Assembly: GCF_006345805.1 (NCBI RefSeq)
Contig: NC_043020.1
Location: 1,674,001-1,738,000 of the forward strand
Origin: Octopus sinensis
Taxonomy: Eukaryota
Length of the DNA: 64,000 nt
Reading direction: 5' to 3'
The stretch's first letter is position 1; every line of letters starts with the position of its first letter. The notes below the pieces were generated by a model. The model saw only the letters and a program-made list of their open reading frames with translations. It made no database searches and was not told where the DNA came from. Positions 10,560 through 24,506 of this stretch are shown in pieces. A program made the translations under genes and the position numbers.

Positions 10560-11400
10560 CGTCCAGTGTTTATCGCTTTATATACTTGGGTCTTTCTCTA
10601 ATAAATTTATCTTGAAGCAAGTAAGCATTCACGATTTCATGTCCACTTACAAATCTTCATCGCTCTAGTCCGGCCAGCAGTTCAGTTGTCAACGTAATTA
10701 ACCTGTCAATAAAGATTCTTTCTCTCACATCTTCCCCATTTTCATCACTGCTTTCATTTTCATCACTACCTGTACAGGTATTTCTCTCCGGACTTTTAAC
10801 AATATCTACAATTTCAGAATCAGTGTAACGATGAACTGTAGACACATTATCATCAACATCCATCCATTCCGTTAAACCATCTTCATTTATCCTTGATGAA
10901 AGCTCCTTGGCATCATGATTAGTTGCATCTTTAACATAAGCAATAAGTTCCTGTGTTTGGCTGCTTTTCTTTGGAAACCCCAAACCCTCAAAATTATTTT
11001 CAGTGTCATCGTTAGAACGAGAATCAAGCATTAAACTTGGTCACAATTTATGCCACCCATTTTTCAGTGTTGTTTTCACACATTTCCATGCGTTGGCAAC
11101 ACAGTACACTGCATCTTTAATGTTGAATTCTTTTACGAATTTCTGTCCTGGGGTACCTGGATTAACTGAACTCCCCAGGCGCTTCATTAACAGGGGTCGA
11201 TACTTACGCTTCATTGTCCAGTGATTGAATTAATGATGCGCAGTTGGGTGGGAGGTAGACAACATTATCATGAACATCCATCCATTCCGTAAAACCATCT
11301 TCATTTATCTTTGATGAAAGCTCCTTGGCATCAAGATTAGTTACATCTTTAACATAAGCAATAAGTTCCTGTGTAAACTGCTTTTCTTTGGAAACCCAAA
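10560..11400 (-). pseudogene. Tigger/pogo (DDE_1, CENP-B-like) transposase remnant, rearranged
   Basis: VYLPPNCASLIQSLD (cf. LPPNTTSxxQPLD), MKRKYR...FNIKDAVYCVANAWKCVKTTLKNGWHKL*, and acidic tail EWMDVDD...DSEIVDIV. Segment ~10845-10985 is repeated at ~11261-11400. Confidence 0.8.
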
Positions 11401-11661
11401 ACTTTGCAAATTCATCCACATATGCACTAGCCACATCTTTGTCTGATGAACGTTTTTTTTACCATACACCGCACGAAACTGTAAGCCGTCGGGGATCATC
11501 TCCATTGTCTTCAGCGTACATGCTTACACAAGAATTAGCTTTTAGATTTTATATAGATGCTGTAACCTTTCTTTCTATAGATGGACACACACACACACAC
11601 GCACACACGCGCACGCACACATACACACACAAACACATACACACAAACATTCATTTTTATA

Positions 11662-11704
<43 letters not shown>

Positions 11705-11830
11705 TATGCATTTGTGTGTGTACATGTATATAAATATATATGTATATATATATATATATATATATGGATGTGAGTGTGTGTATATATATATATATATATT
11801 TTAAAAAGGAGATGTGGAACACGAGTTGTG

Positions 11831-12067
11831 ATATATAAAAAAGGAAATGAAGAAAATGCTGACAAAATAATTTAAGTAATTTAAGTAATTTAATTAGGTG
11901 AAGTTCTTTTTACCGGTTGCGCATTTGTTATGCTTATCAAAAGTTTTTTCCTCAAAAACTTTTGATAAGCAAACAAATGCGCAACCGGTAAAAGAACTTC
12001 ACCTAATTAAATTACTTAAATTACTTAAATTATTTTGTCAGCATTTTCTTCATTTCCTTTTATATAT
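11831..12067. repeat. Near-perfect 237-bp palindrome (foldback element) abutting (TA)n
   Basis: ~115-bp arms are reverse complements (e.g. GGTGAAGTTCTTTTTACCGGTTGCGCATTTGTT / AACAAATGCGCAACCGGTAAAAGAACTTCACC) around a 5-nt loop TCCTC at 11949-11953. Confidence 0.9.
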
Positions 12068-12082
12068 ATATTATATATATAT

Positions 12083-12128
<46 letters not shown>

Positions 12129-13544
12129 TTTCTCTATGTATGTGTCTTTGGGCATGTATTTCACTCCCACCACTGCTTGACAACCGGTGTTGGTTTTTTT
12201 TTACGTCCCGTAATGTAGAATTTCGACAATAGAAAGGCTTTTCGAAAATAAAAAAAAGGTACTTGGATCGATTGATTCGACTAAATAATTTTTTAAGGCA
12301 GTGCCTCAGCATGGTCTCAGTCCACTGACTGAAACAAATAACAGATTAAAGTTACACACGTATGCGTTGTGGTTGTAATTGTTTCGCTACAATTCGGTCA
12401 TGATTAAAGAAACCAAAGACAAAATGTATTCCGACCTCGGAAACTATTCCTGTCTTGCTCCCACTCTAGCCTTTGTCTACCGCGGATTACAATATCAAGT
12501 GTTCTATTGTATTTTGGTAAGGTGCTATTTGAGGAAGATTCATGCTGCTGCTTCTACTAGGGCAAACGATCCCACGTCGGGCCCCTTCCATTGTCCACGA
12601 TTTATTTATATTTAGCAATATGGCACCAAACCTGGTCCCTTCGCCCCACGACCGCCCATCTTCAATCTATGTACATAAAAAACTGGTTAACTTTTCCTGT
12701 CGGAATTTTAACAACTAAATTAAACATGTCGGTATTTCACAGTTTACTAAACCAGGTTTCCTTTTCTTCTTTCTTTCTTTCCTTCCTTTTATTTCTTTCC
12801 TCTTCCTTTCTTTCTTTCTTTCCTTCTTTCGTTTCTTTCTTTTTTTCTTTCTTCATTTATTTACCTTTGTCTTTTCTATGACCGTTTATGTGTGTGTGTG
12901 TGTGTACGTGTGTGTGTGTGCATGTGTGTGTGTACGTGTGTGCGTGTACGCATGCCTGTGTATATGTGTGTTTATGCATGCGTATGCATGTTTGTGTATG
13001 TGCGTGTTTGAGCCTGTATGCTTGTGTCTCTGTCTTGTGTGCATGTATGTATGTACGTATGTATATGTATATCTATATATATATATATATGTATATATAT
13101 ATACATGTATGTATGTATGTATATTATGTATGTATGTATGTATGTATGTATGTATATATGTATATATGTGTATGTGTGTATATAAGACACACACACACAC
13201 CACCTTGCGCACGTGTGTACATACATATTTGTGGGTACAAACAAAATGGACGCATAACTATGCAAATACGAACACAATAAATGACTGTATGCAAGAATTT
13301 TTACGCTTGTACATATTTCTGTGCGCCTGAGCGAGCGAGTATGTATACGTGTGTATATATATATGTATGTGTGAGTGCTGTATGTGCTTGTGTGTGTGTA
13401 TGTGTGTGTTTGTGTGTGTGTGTGTGTGTGCTCCCTAATTAGGTTTGTTTCTTTTCAGTACATGACCGTTATACCGAGGTGAGAGTTTAAAGAAAGTAAC
13501 TTAGAAAGTAAAAGAGTTACAGTAATATTATGCCCTGTGTAGAT

Positions 13545-14100
13545 GGTGGTGGTGATGGTGGTGGTGGTGGTGGCGGCGGTGTGGTGGTGTGGTGGTGGTG
13601 GTTTTGTGTTTGGTGGTGATGGTTGGGTGGTGATGGTTAGAGATATTTTTTCAAGACGAAAAAAGGGGTGGTGGTGGTGGTGGTGTTGGTGGTGGTCGCA
13701 GTGATGGTGGTGGTGGTGGTGGTGGTGGTTGTGGTGGTGGTGGTGATGGTGGTGGTGGTGGTGGTAGTGGTGGTAATGGTGGTGGTGGTGGTGATGGTAG
13801 AGATATTTTTTCAAGAGCGAAAATGAGGTGGTGGTGGTGGTGGTGGTGGTGGTGGTGGTGGTTGTGGTGGTGGTGGTGATGGTGGTGGTGGTGGTGGTAG
13901 TGGTGGTAATGGTGGTGGTGGTGGTGATGGTAGAGATATTTTTTCAAGAGCGAAAATGAGGTGGTGGTGGTGGTGGTTGTGGTGGCGGTGGTGATGGTGG
14001 TGGTGGTGGTGGTGGTGGTGGTGGTTGTGGTGGTGGTGGTGATGGTGGTGGTGGTGGTGGTAGTGGTGGTAATGGTGGTGGTGGTGGTGGTGGTGGTGGG
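13545..14100. repeat. (GGT)n microsatellite with a higher-order spacer
   Basis: TAGAGATATTTTTTCAAGA(G)CGAAAA recurs at 13638, 13798 and 13931 within GGT repeats. Confidence 0.85.
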
Positions 14101-14446
14101 TACGCTTGGTGGGAGGACCTACACGAACAAGAAAACAGTACCATCATTTGGGCAAACATCATCTGGACGTTTCAGTAAACAGACAGATGTTTACTGTACA
14201 TGATGTGATTGACGCCATAGAAGAGAAGAAAAAAGATTTTTAAAAAAGGGGGCTGAAATCTCATCTCTGAATATCGTTGGAGGAACGTGACAATTTAAGA
14301 ATAAAGCGAAGAAACGGTTGGAGCTTGAGTGTGGTCCGCTAGACTCGCTAGAAACTGCAGCGAAATGCTTTGTAAATATTCTTTCTGTTATAGGCACAAG
14401 GCCTGAAATTTTGGCGGGAATGGTCAAGTTGAGGTTGATGGTTTGT

Positions 14447-14813
14447 TTGTTTGTTGGTTTGTTTGTTGAGCGAAGCGGTCTTCGTTCCAGTGGGAGAAGT
14501 CCGAAACGTGGTCCTTTGCTATTCGTAAGACCCGCAGAAGAGAAAGCAGGTCAACCCCCGACACCGAGAGCATCGACGGATGGATGAATGCGCATCCAGA
14601 CTCAGCGGTTGCGTAGGAAGTCGGGGACAAGAAACAGGAAGAAAGTGCGAGAGAAAGAGTACAACAGGGGTCGCCACCACCCCCTGCCGGAGCCTCGTGG
14701 AGCTTTAGGTATTTTCGCTCAATAAACACACACAACGCCCGGTCTGGGAATCGAAACCGCAATCCTCCGACCGCGAGTCCGCTGCCCTAACCATTGTTCC
14801 ATTACGCCTCCAC
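14447..14813 (-). mobile_element. tRNA(Arg)-like-head SINE, body type 1
   Basis: Head GTGGAGGCG...GGTTAGGGCAGCGGACTCGCGGTCGGAGG..GGTTTCGATTCCCAGACCGGGC; (CAAA)n tail. Confidence 0.75.
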
Positions 14814-16029
14814 TTGAGGTAGATGGTCAACCTCAGCCTTAACTGATACGTAAACCTCTCGCGCGCATTCAGATTATTCTGTCAAAAGTAACTCTTATTT
14901 ATCCACGTTGTTTTGAATTAATCATGAATTATCTCGTAGCTTCGAAAATTTAACGATTTGATTGTTTATTTTTAGAATGGCATTGTAGGGTAAGTGTGAG
15001 AGACCAGATCTGGTTTGTTTGAACATAAATCAAGTAGAAATTTTGGGCCAGATATGGCCGGTTTAAATGCTATTGACTTCAAAATGAAAGGAAAAGTCAA
15101 CCTCGGTGGAATTTGAACTCAGAACATAAGGACGGACGAAATACAGCTAAGCATTTCGTCCGGCGAGCTAACATGTAGTAAAGAAATAGAGAGGACATAT
15201 ATACACGCACACACACATATATATATACATATATACGACAGGCTTCTTTCAGTTTCCGTCTACCAAATCCACTCACAAAGCTTTGGTCGACCCGAGGCTA
15301 TAGTAGAAGACTCTTGTCCAAGGTGCCACGCAGTGGGACTGAACTCGGAACTATGTGGTTGGTAAGCAAGCTGCTTACCACACAGCCACTAGATAAGAAA
15401 ACCAGAAAACATTCGAAAGAAGCATAGAAACATAATACATATATCTTTTCTCTTTTACAATCTACTAAGAAAGTGAATATTTCAGTTTTACAGATCTTTT
15501 GAAATATAAACAATTGTAAAAGATAATGTTTCTGCTTCGTATAGAAATCTAGGCGAGCGGAGTCACAATCACTTCTTTGATAACAAAGAGGAACAATGGT
15601 TTAAACATTGGACCCGTTTATTTTCTACTCGTAGGTTATATTGTGCACGTGTATCGCGTGTGGAGCATGTGTGCAGCATGTGTGCAGCATGTGTGCAGCA
15701 TGTGTACAGCAAGTGTACAATAGAAAAAAAACTCTGTCGGCTTATCATTACAGAAACAGTAAAAAATGGGTCACATTCATACAAAGTCATGTTCACTGTA
15801 ACATGAAATAAACAAACAATAAAAAACAAAAACAAATAAACAAACAATAAAAAACAAAAACAAATAAACAAACAATAAAAAACAAAAACAAATAAACAAA
15901 CAAAGAAACAACCAGGGATGACAACAGGTTTTTCGAGATATAGATGGACAGGGAAGACACCACCAACAAAAACAAACTCGATCACAGATACAAACCAGAA
16001 GCGACCTTCTTCCAACAAGTTCTAAAACT

Positions 16030-16433
16030 AAGGTGAAATAATATTTTCTACTCTAGATACAAGGCCAGAATTTTTTAGGGAGCGGGCCAGTCGATTAGAT
16101 CGACCACAGTTCGCAACTGGTACTTAATGTATCGACCCCGAAAGGATGAAAGGCAAAGTCGACCTCGACGGAATTTGAACTCAGAACATAGCAGCAGACG
16201 AAATACCTAATTCTTTACTACCCACAAGGGGCTAAACACAGAGAGGACAAACAAGGACAGACAAACGGATTAAGTCGATTATATCGACCCCAGTGCGTAA
16301 CTGGTACTTATTTAATCGAAAGGATGAAAGGCAAAGTCGACCTCGGCGGAATTTGAACTCAGAACGTAACGGCAGACGAAATACTGCTATGCATTTCGCC
16401 TGGCGTGCTAACATTTCTGCCAGCTCGCCGCCT
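16030..16433 (-). mobile_element. SINE family A, dimeric copy
   Basis: Full unit followed by a 5'-truncated unit joined at GGTATTTCGTC. Confidence 0.8.
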
Positions 16434-16845
16434 TGCCAATGGTGGTGATATTGTTGGTGTTATAGTTGTGGCAGCTGATAGTGGTAGCCGGTGGTGCTGG
16501 TGGGGGTGGTGCCTGCCAGTCTGTGGTTGCGGAGGTGGTTGTGGTTGTTCCCTGCCCACTTCCAGCACTGTCATCCACTGTGTCTCCCATGTTTAATCTT
16601 CATAAGTCAAAGGGTGTACTTCACTGACTAACCCAATGGCCCTTCAGACCAATATATACAGCTCCGAACCGACCCCCACCACCACAAATACATACATACA
16701 TATAAACATGTGTAAGTACATGTGTGTGTATATATATTATATATATATATATAGATAGATAGATATATCTTATATTATATATATATTATTATATATATAT
16801 ATGTATATAGCTACTTCGGAGTAATCTTTATTTTTAATATTGTCA

Positions 16846-16897
<52 letters not shown>

Positions 16898-17157
16898 TGT
16901 GTGTGTGCTGTGTGTGTGTGTGTGTGTATGTATGTATATGTATGTTCTTTTAATCTTTTATTTGCTTCAGTCATTTAGCTGCGGCCTTCCTAGAGCACCG
17001 CCTTCAACGGTTTTAGTTGAATAAATCGACCCCCCAGGACTTATTTCTTAAGCCTAGTACTTATTCCATCGGTCTATTTTGACTAAGTGATAAGCTTACA
17101 GCGTTATCAAAATTTTTTATTGCCTGTGATACACACACACACACGCATACACACATG

Positions 17158-17247
<90 letters not shown>

Positions 17248-17604
17248 ATATATATTATATATTATATTATACATATATATATAGCAAAATTTAGATTCAG
17301 ATGAATATGGTACGTAAGTTGAGGCACCAGAATTTAGTTCGGATTATCCATACAATTTCAAAGTAAGGTGATTAAAATGAAAATAAGCAACAAGGGTATC
17401 GAGAGGTAATGCTGCAGTACGATCGTTTCATGCAACTCCATTTAATTGAACAATGCATTCATTATATCAATTTAAAATGTAGCGCAATCTTCAGCTTCTA
17501 TATATATTTTCATAGATACAGTGTTCCAAACACATATATACACAGCTGATGAAACAATTTTAATTTCTTTTGCGATTTAACCCATTAGAGATAATGAACA
17601 GAAG

Positions 17605-17800
17605 CAGGCTAAGTTTTAAAGAAAGGAAATTAATGCAAAAGGAAATTCGAGAATGCACTCAAAATGCACAGAAATTTAGTTGGCTGTTTCAAACAAATCT
17701 ACCAACGTGACTTAACATGACTCGAATTAGAAATAAGTCTGAAGGGTGTGGAACTTCTCAGAGTCTACACAAGAAGAATACCAGAAGACTGTGGTGATCG
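17605..17800 (+). pseudogene. Possible Tc1/mariner (DUF4817-like HTH) N-terminal remnant
   Basis: RLSFKERKLMQKEIRECTQNAQKF...PT*LNMTRIRNKSEGCGTSQSLHKKNTRR loosely resembles LSFEERK...TRLTITRIRDKFEADGTVQDVHK. Confidence 0.35.
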
Positions 17801-18134
17801 ACGAACCCCACAAAACAAGGGAGGGTGCTACGCTTATGATACACTGAGGGTACCATAAATGTATTGCCAAAGGCTGGAAAGTCTGTGCAGCAAAAGACAA
17901 CTACGCCAGTGTTCAACTGGTACTTATTTCCTCGACCTCGAAAGGATGAAAGGCAAAGTCGAGCTCGACGGTATTTGAACTCAGAACGTGAAGGCGGACG
18001 AAATGCCGCTAAGCATTTTGTCCGAAGTGCTAATGCTTCTGCCAGCTCGCTTCCTTAGTTTGTGTGAGTGTTTAGCAACACGGCGGTGTAAGCGGGTGAT
18101 GCAGGAGAAATTTACCGGAAACTAACAAATTGGG

Positions 18135-18135
18135 A

Positions 18136-18174
<39 letters not shown>

Positions 18175-18572
18175 TAATAATAAGAATAATAATAATAAGA
18201 AGAAGAAGAAGAACAATAAGAAGCACGAGAAGAATAAAAATAAGAATGATAATAATAAGGAGGAGGAGGAGGAGGAGGAGGAAGAGAAGGAGAAGAAGAA
18301 GGAGAGGAGGTAGAGAAAAGGAAGGAGAAGACGAAGAAGTAGAAGAAGAAGAAGGAGGAGGAGGAGGAGGAGGAGGAGAAGGAGGAGGGGAGGAGAAGTG
18401 GAAGAAAAACAAGAAGAGGGAGAGGAGGAAGAGAAGAGGAAAGAGAAGAAGAAGAAGACGAAGGGGAAAAAGAAGGGGGAGGAGGGGGAGAGGAAGAAGA
18501 AGAAGAAGAAGAAGGAGAGGAGGAAGAGGAGAAGAAGAAGAAGAAGGAGAAGAAGAAGAAAGAAAGAAAGAA
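18135..18572. repeat. (AAT)n followed by a ~330-bp polypurine (AGG/AAG) tract
   Basis: Direct reading; essentially no pyrimidines on the + strand from ~18255 to 18572. Confidence 0.9.
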
Positions 18573-19238
18573 AGTGAGGTGTTATCCCTTAATTCTCGTA
18601 AACTTTGTTGTATCATTTTGAAACTGTCAGCAAACACACTTTTTGTTAGCTCGTGTAAATAGACATATGGTTATGTAAACGTTCGGTACACGTAGCGTCG
18701 GGGCGTAGACTTACACACAGTCACACACACACACACAACATACACACAGGCGGCCGCGCTGCGGTAACATAGGCTCACCCTCTGCAGGTACAATACTGTT
18801 ACATAGTCAAAAGTATACACAGAGATTTTGGTACCCAAGTACACAGAAGCACAAATTGAGGTATACAAGTACGTATACATATATACATACATGCACACGC
18901 ATACATACACACATTCGATGCATAACTGCATACATACCTACACGCACGCACACACACAAGTGCGCGCACTCACACCCATACATATACGCACAAACACATG
19001 TATACATATATACAATGTCTTTGACAGTTTACTTGTTTCATTCATTGGACTGCGGCCATGCTGGTGCACCATCTCGAGGTATTTGGGTCGAACGAATCGA
19101 CACCAGTACTTGTTTGTTTTCAAGCCTGGTACATATTCTACCGATGTATATTTGCCGAACCGTTAAGTTACCGGAGGCCTAAACACACCCACACCGGTTG
19201 TCAAGCAGTGGTGGCGGACAAACTCATACACGCACGCG

Positions 19239-19281
<43 letters not shown>

Positions 19282-19618
19282 GCACACACACACATATATA
19301 TATACGACGGGCTTCTTTCAGGTCCCGACTACCAAATCCTTTGGTTGGCCATGCAGTGGGACTGAAACCGCAACCATGAGATTGGACGGCAACCTTTATG
19401 AATAAATATTTACATATATTCCTGTGTATACATGTGCATACATATTTACAAGCATACAGATGCATGCATTCTTTAAATACTAATTGCATTTCTGTGTATA
19501 TGAATGCACTTATTCCTACACTTAGAGGTGTATACACGCGGATATACATACATATATACATACATACATACATACACACATACATAGTATCAATATACAT
19601 ACATACATATACACACAT

Positions 19619-19671
<53 letters not shown>

Positions 19672-20633
19672 CATACGCACACATATACATACATACACAC
19701 ATACATACGTACAAATGTACATACAAACATATACACACACATACATACACATACACACACACACATGCATATATATATACATACGCACACATATACATAC
19801 ATACACACATACATACGTACAAATGTACATACAAACATTCCACACACTACAACACTATACACACACCCACATGCATATATATATACATACGCACACATAT
19901 ACATACATACACACATACATACGTACAAATGTACATACACATATATACGCACACATACATACACATGCACACACATATATAAATACGCACACATATACAT
20001 ACATATATATACATACATACATACATACATACATACACACACATAGAGACCAGCACACATGCAAACGCGCATACATACATTCATATATATGTATGCGTAT
20101 ATTCACAGATACTCGCACACACACAGATATATACTCTCCTGCATATACACACGCATTCGTAGCCCCTGCCTTGTACCTCTGTGCACTCTTAAGCAAGGTA
20201 TTATTTAATCAGGATTCAACTCGTGTCAAAAGTATTGACGTCATCCAACGGCGTGGAACTGGTTTGGGATTTCGGATCTCTTAAATGCAAGACAAATATT
20301 TGGACTGACACCAGACGTCACCACAAGGGGAAAGGAAAGGACGAAGGGAAGACAAGAGATAAAGTAAAAAAAAAACATCGAAATGAAATAAATATATAAC
20401 AAAAAAAATAAACAAAACGTGTTTGTGTCCCCATTTCGAATAGTTTGGCAGTTGTAATTCTTGGACTGTGCTGAAGAGACGAGGAATTGTTTGGCAAGAA
20501 GCTTCTTTTTTTCAATAGAACAAGAACATTTTGGAATATTAAGGTAATGGTGTTGCTTTATTTATGAATCATAAGCAGATTTATAGTTATATGTGAATAT
20601 ATATAAATATCTACCAACATAAATGCATATACA

Positions 20634-20675
<42 letters not shown>

Positions 20676-20711
20676 TATATATATATATATATAATATATA
20701 TATATATATTA

Positions 20712-20747
<36 letters not shown>

Positions 20748-20869
20748 CATACATATATATAGACATACATACATAGCTCACACTACCTATATATATATGT
20801 ATGTATGTATGTATATGCATACATACATACCTCACACATATCTATATCTATATATCTATATCTATCTAC

Positions 20870-20935
<66 letters not shown>

Positions 20936-20942
20936 CTATAGA

Positions 20943-20987
<45 letters not shown>

Positions 20988-21579
20988 GTATTCCTTACTG
21001 TTAACTCTATTCAGTTTTTATACATATATATATATGTGTGTGTGTGCGCACGCGTGTGTATGTGTGTGTGTATGTATTTATGTACGTATGCATGTATGTA
21101 TATATGTGCTCACACATCCATTGGTGCAGGTATATGTGTGGTTGAATATGTGGATTTGACTTATAAATGTATGCACAAATATATATTTGCATATCCTTAC
21201 GTGAGTATGCCACCGGTTGAATGCTAAACTTTTCAAGTGTTTTACATATTTCTACGTTGCCTTTTATGCTGTATTGTTATAATTATATATGTATGCATGC
21301 ATGTATGTTTGTATGTTTGTATGTATGCATGTATGTATGGATGTATGTATGTATGTATGTATGTATGTATGTATGCATGTATGTATGTTTGCATGCTTGT
21401 ATGCTTGTATGTATAATCTCGAACAGTTTTGGATACTTGGATCCATATATGCATACAAACATGCATGCATTTTACATGTAGTGTATTTTCATTGTTATCA
21501 AAACCAAGAGAAGAATTAAAAAGAACACGCATTCACACATGCATACATGTTATATATATATATATATATATATACTATG

Positions 21580-21610
<31 letters not shown>

Positions 21611-22518
21611 ACACACATATCAATGAAACCAAAGAAGGCATCGCAACCTGATCCCTCAGCCTTTTAGAGCACTTTAAGCCCTGACTTGTTACCCCACAAG
21701 TGTTGCTCTATGTCTGTGAGTATACGCATTGCAGACTTACGATATTTGCGACCCGTTCCTAAATTCTATCTTGTAAGACTTTGAATAAGTGTTATCTATC
21801 ATAATTTCGTGTTGCAATTGTGTCACAATTTTGTGATCCTTAGAAGGATCTATTCCTGTCTGTATGTAGGCATAATATGTCGACCCATTCAACATTCCCG
21901 TCAGGCGTTAGGTTTCTTTCGCAAAATCCATTCTATTGTAAACATCCGATGATTTGGGATAAATTCTTCACTCTTTGCCACAGATCTTGGAAGCTCTGAG
22001 TGAGCTCATAAGAGCTCTCTTTCGCCTTCTGAATAAGCCATAAAAAAGACAGTTAAGTTAACGCTAAATGTCCCTGTCGGAAGCGAGGTATCATAAAATG
22101 GGAATTTCAGTGCAGTATCTGAAACTTCTTTGACTCTGTTGTACGGAACTAAAATTCTTCAATCGAAAGGCATCTAAAGTCAAGGTGAAGATAACGTCTG
22201 TAAATCGCTAAACGTCTTTAGGGTGCCGAGCTGGCAGAATCCTTGGCACGTCCTGAAAAGTGCTCAGTGACATTCCTTCCATTTCATACTCTGAGTTCAA
22301 ATTCCGCTGAGGACGACTGTTGTGTGTGTATCCATGTATATATGTATATTCTCATACATACATACACACGTAAACACATGCATCTATATAATCGACTTAA
22401 TCCCGTTTTCTGAAATTACTCGCTTTTTTGCCAGAATGTGAAACCAAATGTTCAGCGTCTTAAACATGGAATACTATTAGTCGTACTATTAATTTTATAC
22501 TATTAATACTATTAATTT

Positions 22519-22925
22519 TAAGGCGGCGAGCTGGCAGAATCGTTAGCAAGCCGGGTGAAATGCGTAGCCGTATTTCGTCTGCCGTTACGTTCTGAGTTCA
22601 AATTCCGCCGAGGTCGACTTTGCCTTTCATCCTTTGAAATTAAGTACCAGTTACGCACTGGGGTCGATGTAATCGACTTAATCCGTTTATCTGTCCTTGT
22701 TTGTCCTCTCTGTGTTTGGCCCCTTGTGGGTAGTAAGGAAATAGGTATTTCGTCTGCCGTTACGTTCTGAGTTCAAATTCCGCCGAGGTAGACTTTGCCT
22801 TTCATCCTTTCGGCGCCGATAAATTAAGTACCAGTTACGCACTAGGGTCGATATAATCGACTTAATCTCTTTGTCTGTCCTTGTTTGTCCCCCTCTGTTT
22901 TTAGCCCCTTGTGGGCAATAAAGGA
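22519..22925 (+). mobile_element. SINE family A, dimeric copy
   Basis: Tail ...GAAATAGGTATT runs directly into internal TCGTCTGCCGTTACG at ~22745. Confidence 0.82.
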
Positions 22926-24309
22926 ATACTATTAATCGTACGCTGATGATATCGCAAGATAAACGGTAATAGGTGGCTGTTTGAGAACTATGTTTTATTC
23001 ATACATTTATCATTAAAATACGTGAAGGCGTTCGGCCCCGTAGTTAGAATGTTGCACTCACGATTGAAAGATCGTGTTTTCGACTCCCGCTCGGGGCGGT
23101 GTGTCGTGTTTTTGTACAAAACGCTTCATTTCACGTTGTTCTGCGATCAAATCGATATCTGGCGTGTGGCACACTGTGCACTTGTAAAGAGAATATCGAT
23201 TTTTTTGAGGAAGTGAACTAATGTACAGCACAGACATTTGATCACTAGAAGCAAATCTGTTTCTTTATTGCCCACAAGGGGCTAAACATAGAGGGGACAA
23301 ACAAGGACAGACATAGGTATTAAGTCGATTACGTTGACCCCAGTGCGTAACTGGTACTTAATTTATCGACCCCGAAAGGATGAAAGGCAAAGTCGACCTC
23401 GGCGGAATTTGAACTCAGAACGCAACGACAGAAGAAGCAAATCATCTACAGAAACCCTCAGCAGTAATTTACGATAGGAGAGTCAAAGATCGGTCAAATA
23501 AAATGGTACGTTTTGAAGTCCTTTTCACTAATATGTGCAACGTTTATGCATGCTGCCTTTATCAAGGACTTAATTGCAGCAACTTCATCATTCTTTTACT
23601 CGTAAATGATTTATAATTGCCGTCCAAACTATTGATGTGACTTTCGAACGTAAAACCTCTTCGCAGTCACAATTCGCTTCGATTTTATCTCTTTTTCCAG
23701 CTCGTTCATCACTCACTGTATAATTGCCGAGATTTATAATTTTCCGAAGAAAGGAGCCAAAACGACCACTGTTCTTTACTTAATGTTCAATATTGATTTC
23801 AAACAATGTGGGTGGCGAGCTGGCAGAAACGTTAGCCGCCGGGCGAAATGCTTAGCGTTATTTCGTCTGTCTTTACGTTCTGAGTTCAAATTCCGCCGGG
23901 GTCGACTTTGCCTTTCATCAAATCAATGGTTTGATATCTTTTACTTGATTCAGATATTAAACTACAGCCATGCTGTGGCATCGCCTTGAAGTGTTTGGCC
24001 AACAAAATAAATCCAAAAAATTACTATTTTTAAATCTCAAAACGAGAGATATTCAGCAACAGTACTTTGGAGTAAAGATTGTTTGCCAACATAACATGGC
24101 GGTCCTGGTTTAGGACGAATGTTGCTGTAATTTAGCCCCAGGAGATATCGTCTCCAGCTGGCTATACGACACAATATGTGTCCTTATATTATCGAACAAG
24201 GGACACAAGTGTGTATATGTATGTGTTTTTGCGCGTGTCTTTATGTGTGTGTGTGTGTATGTGCGTGTGTGAAAGCGTTTGCGTGAATATATACATTACA
24301 TGTCGGCGT

Positions 24310-24475
24310 AGGAGTGGCTGTGTGGTAAGAAGCTTTCTTACCGACCACATGGTTCCGGTTTCAGTCCCACTGCGTGTCACCTTGGGCATGTGTCTTCTAC
24401 TATAGCCTCGGGCCGACCAAAGCCTTGTGAGTGGATTTGGTAGACGGAAACTGAAAGAAGCCCGTCGTATATATG

Positions 24476-24506
<31 letters not shown>

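Noticed and set aside
11443-11490. CTGATGA...GAAAC.GTA possible hammerhead
   Set aside because: Stem II does not close and stem I gives only one pair.
13638-13960. Repeat-spacer pattern that superficially resembles a CRISPR array
   Set aside because: The 'spacers' are GGT microsatellite, the context is eukaryotic and there are no cas genes.
21640-22210. Non-repetitive-looking block that might be a LINE or exon remnant
   Set aside because: I found no coherent reading frame or recognisable motif on either strand; it needs BLASTX.
22943-22965. CTGATGA-TATC GCAA GATA-AAC hammerhead-like string
   Set aside because: G12 of GAAA is missing, and there is no stem I/III.
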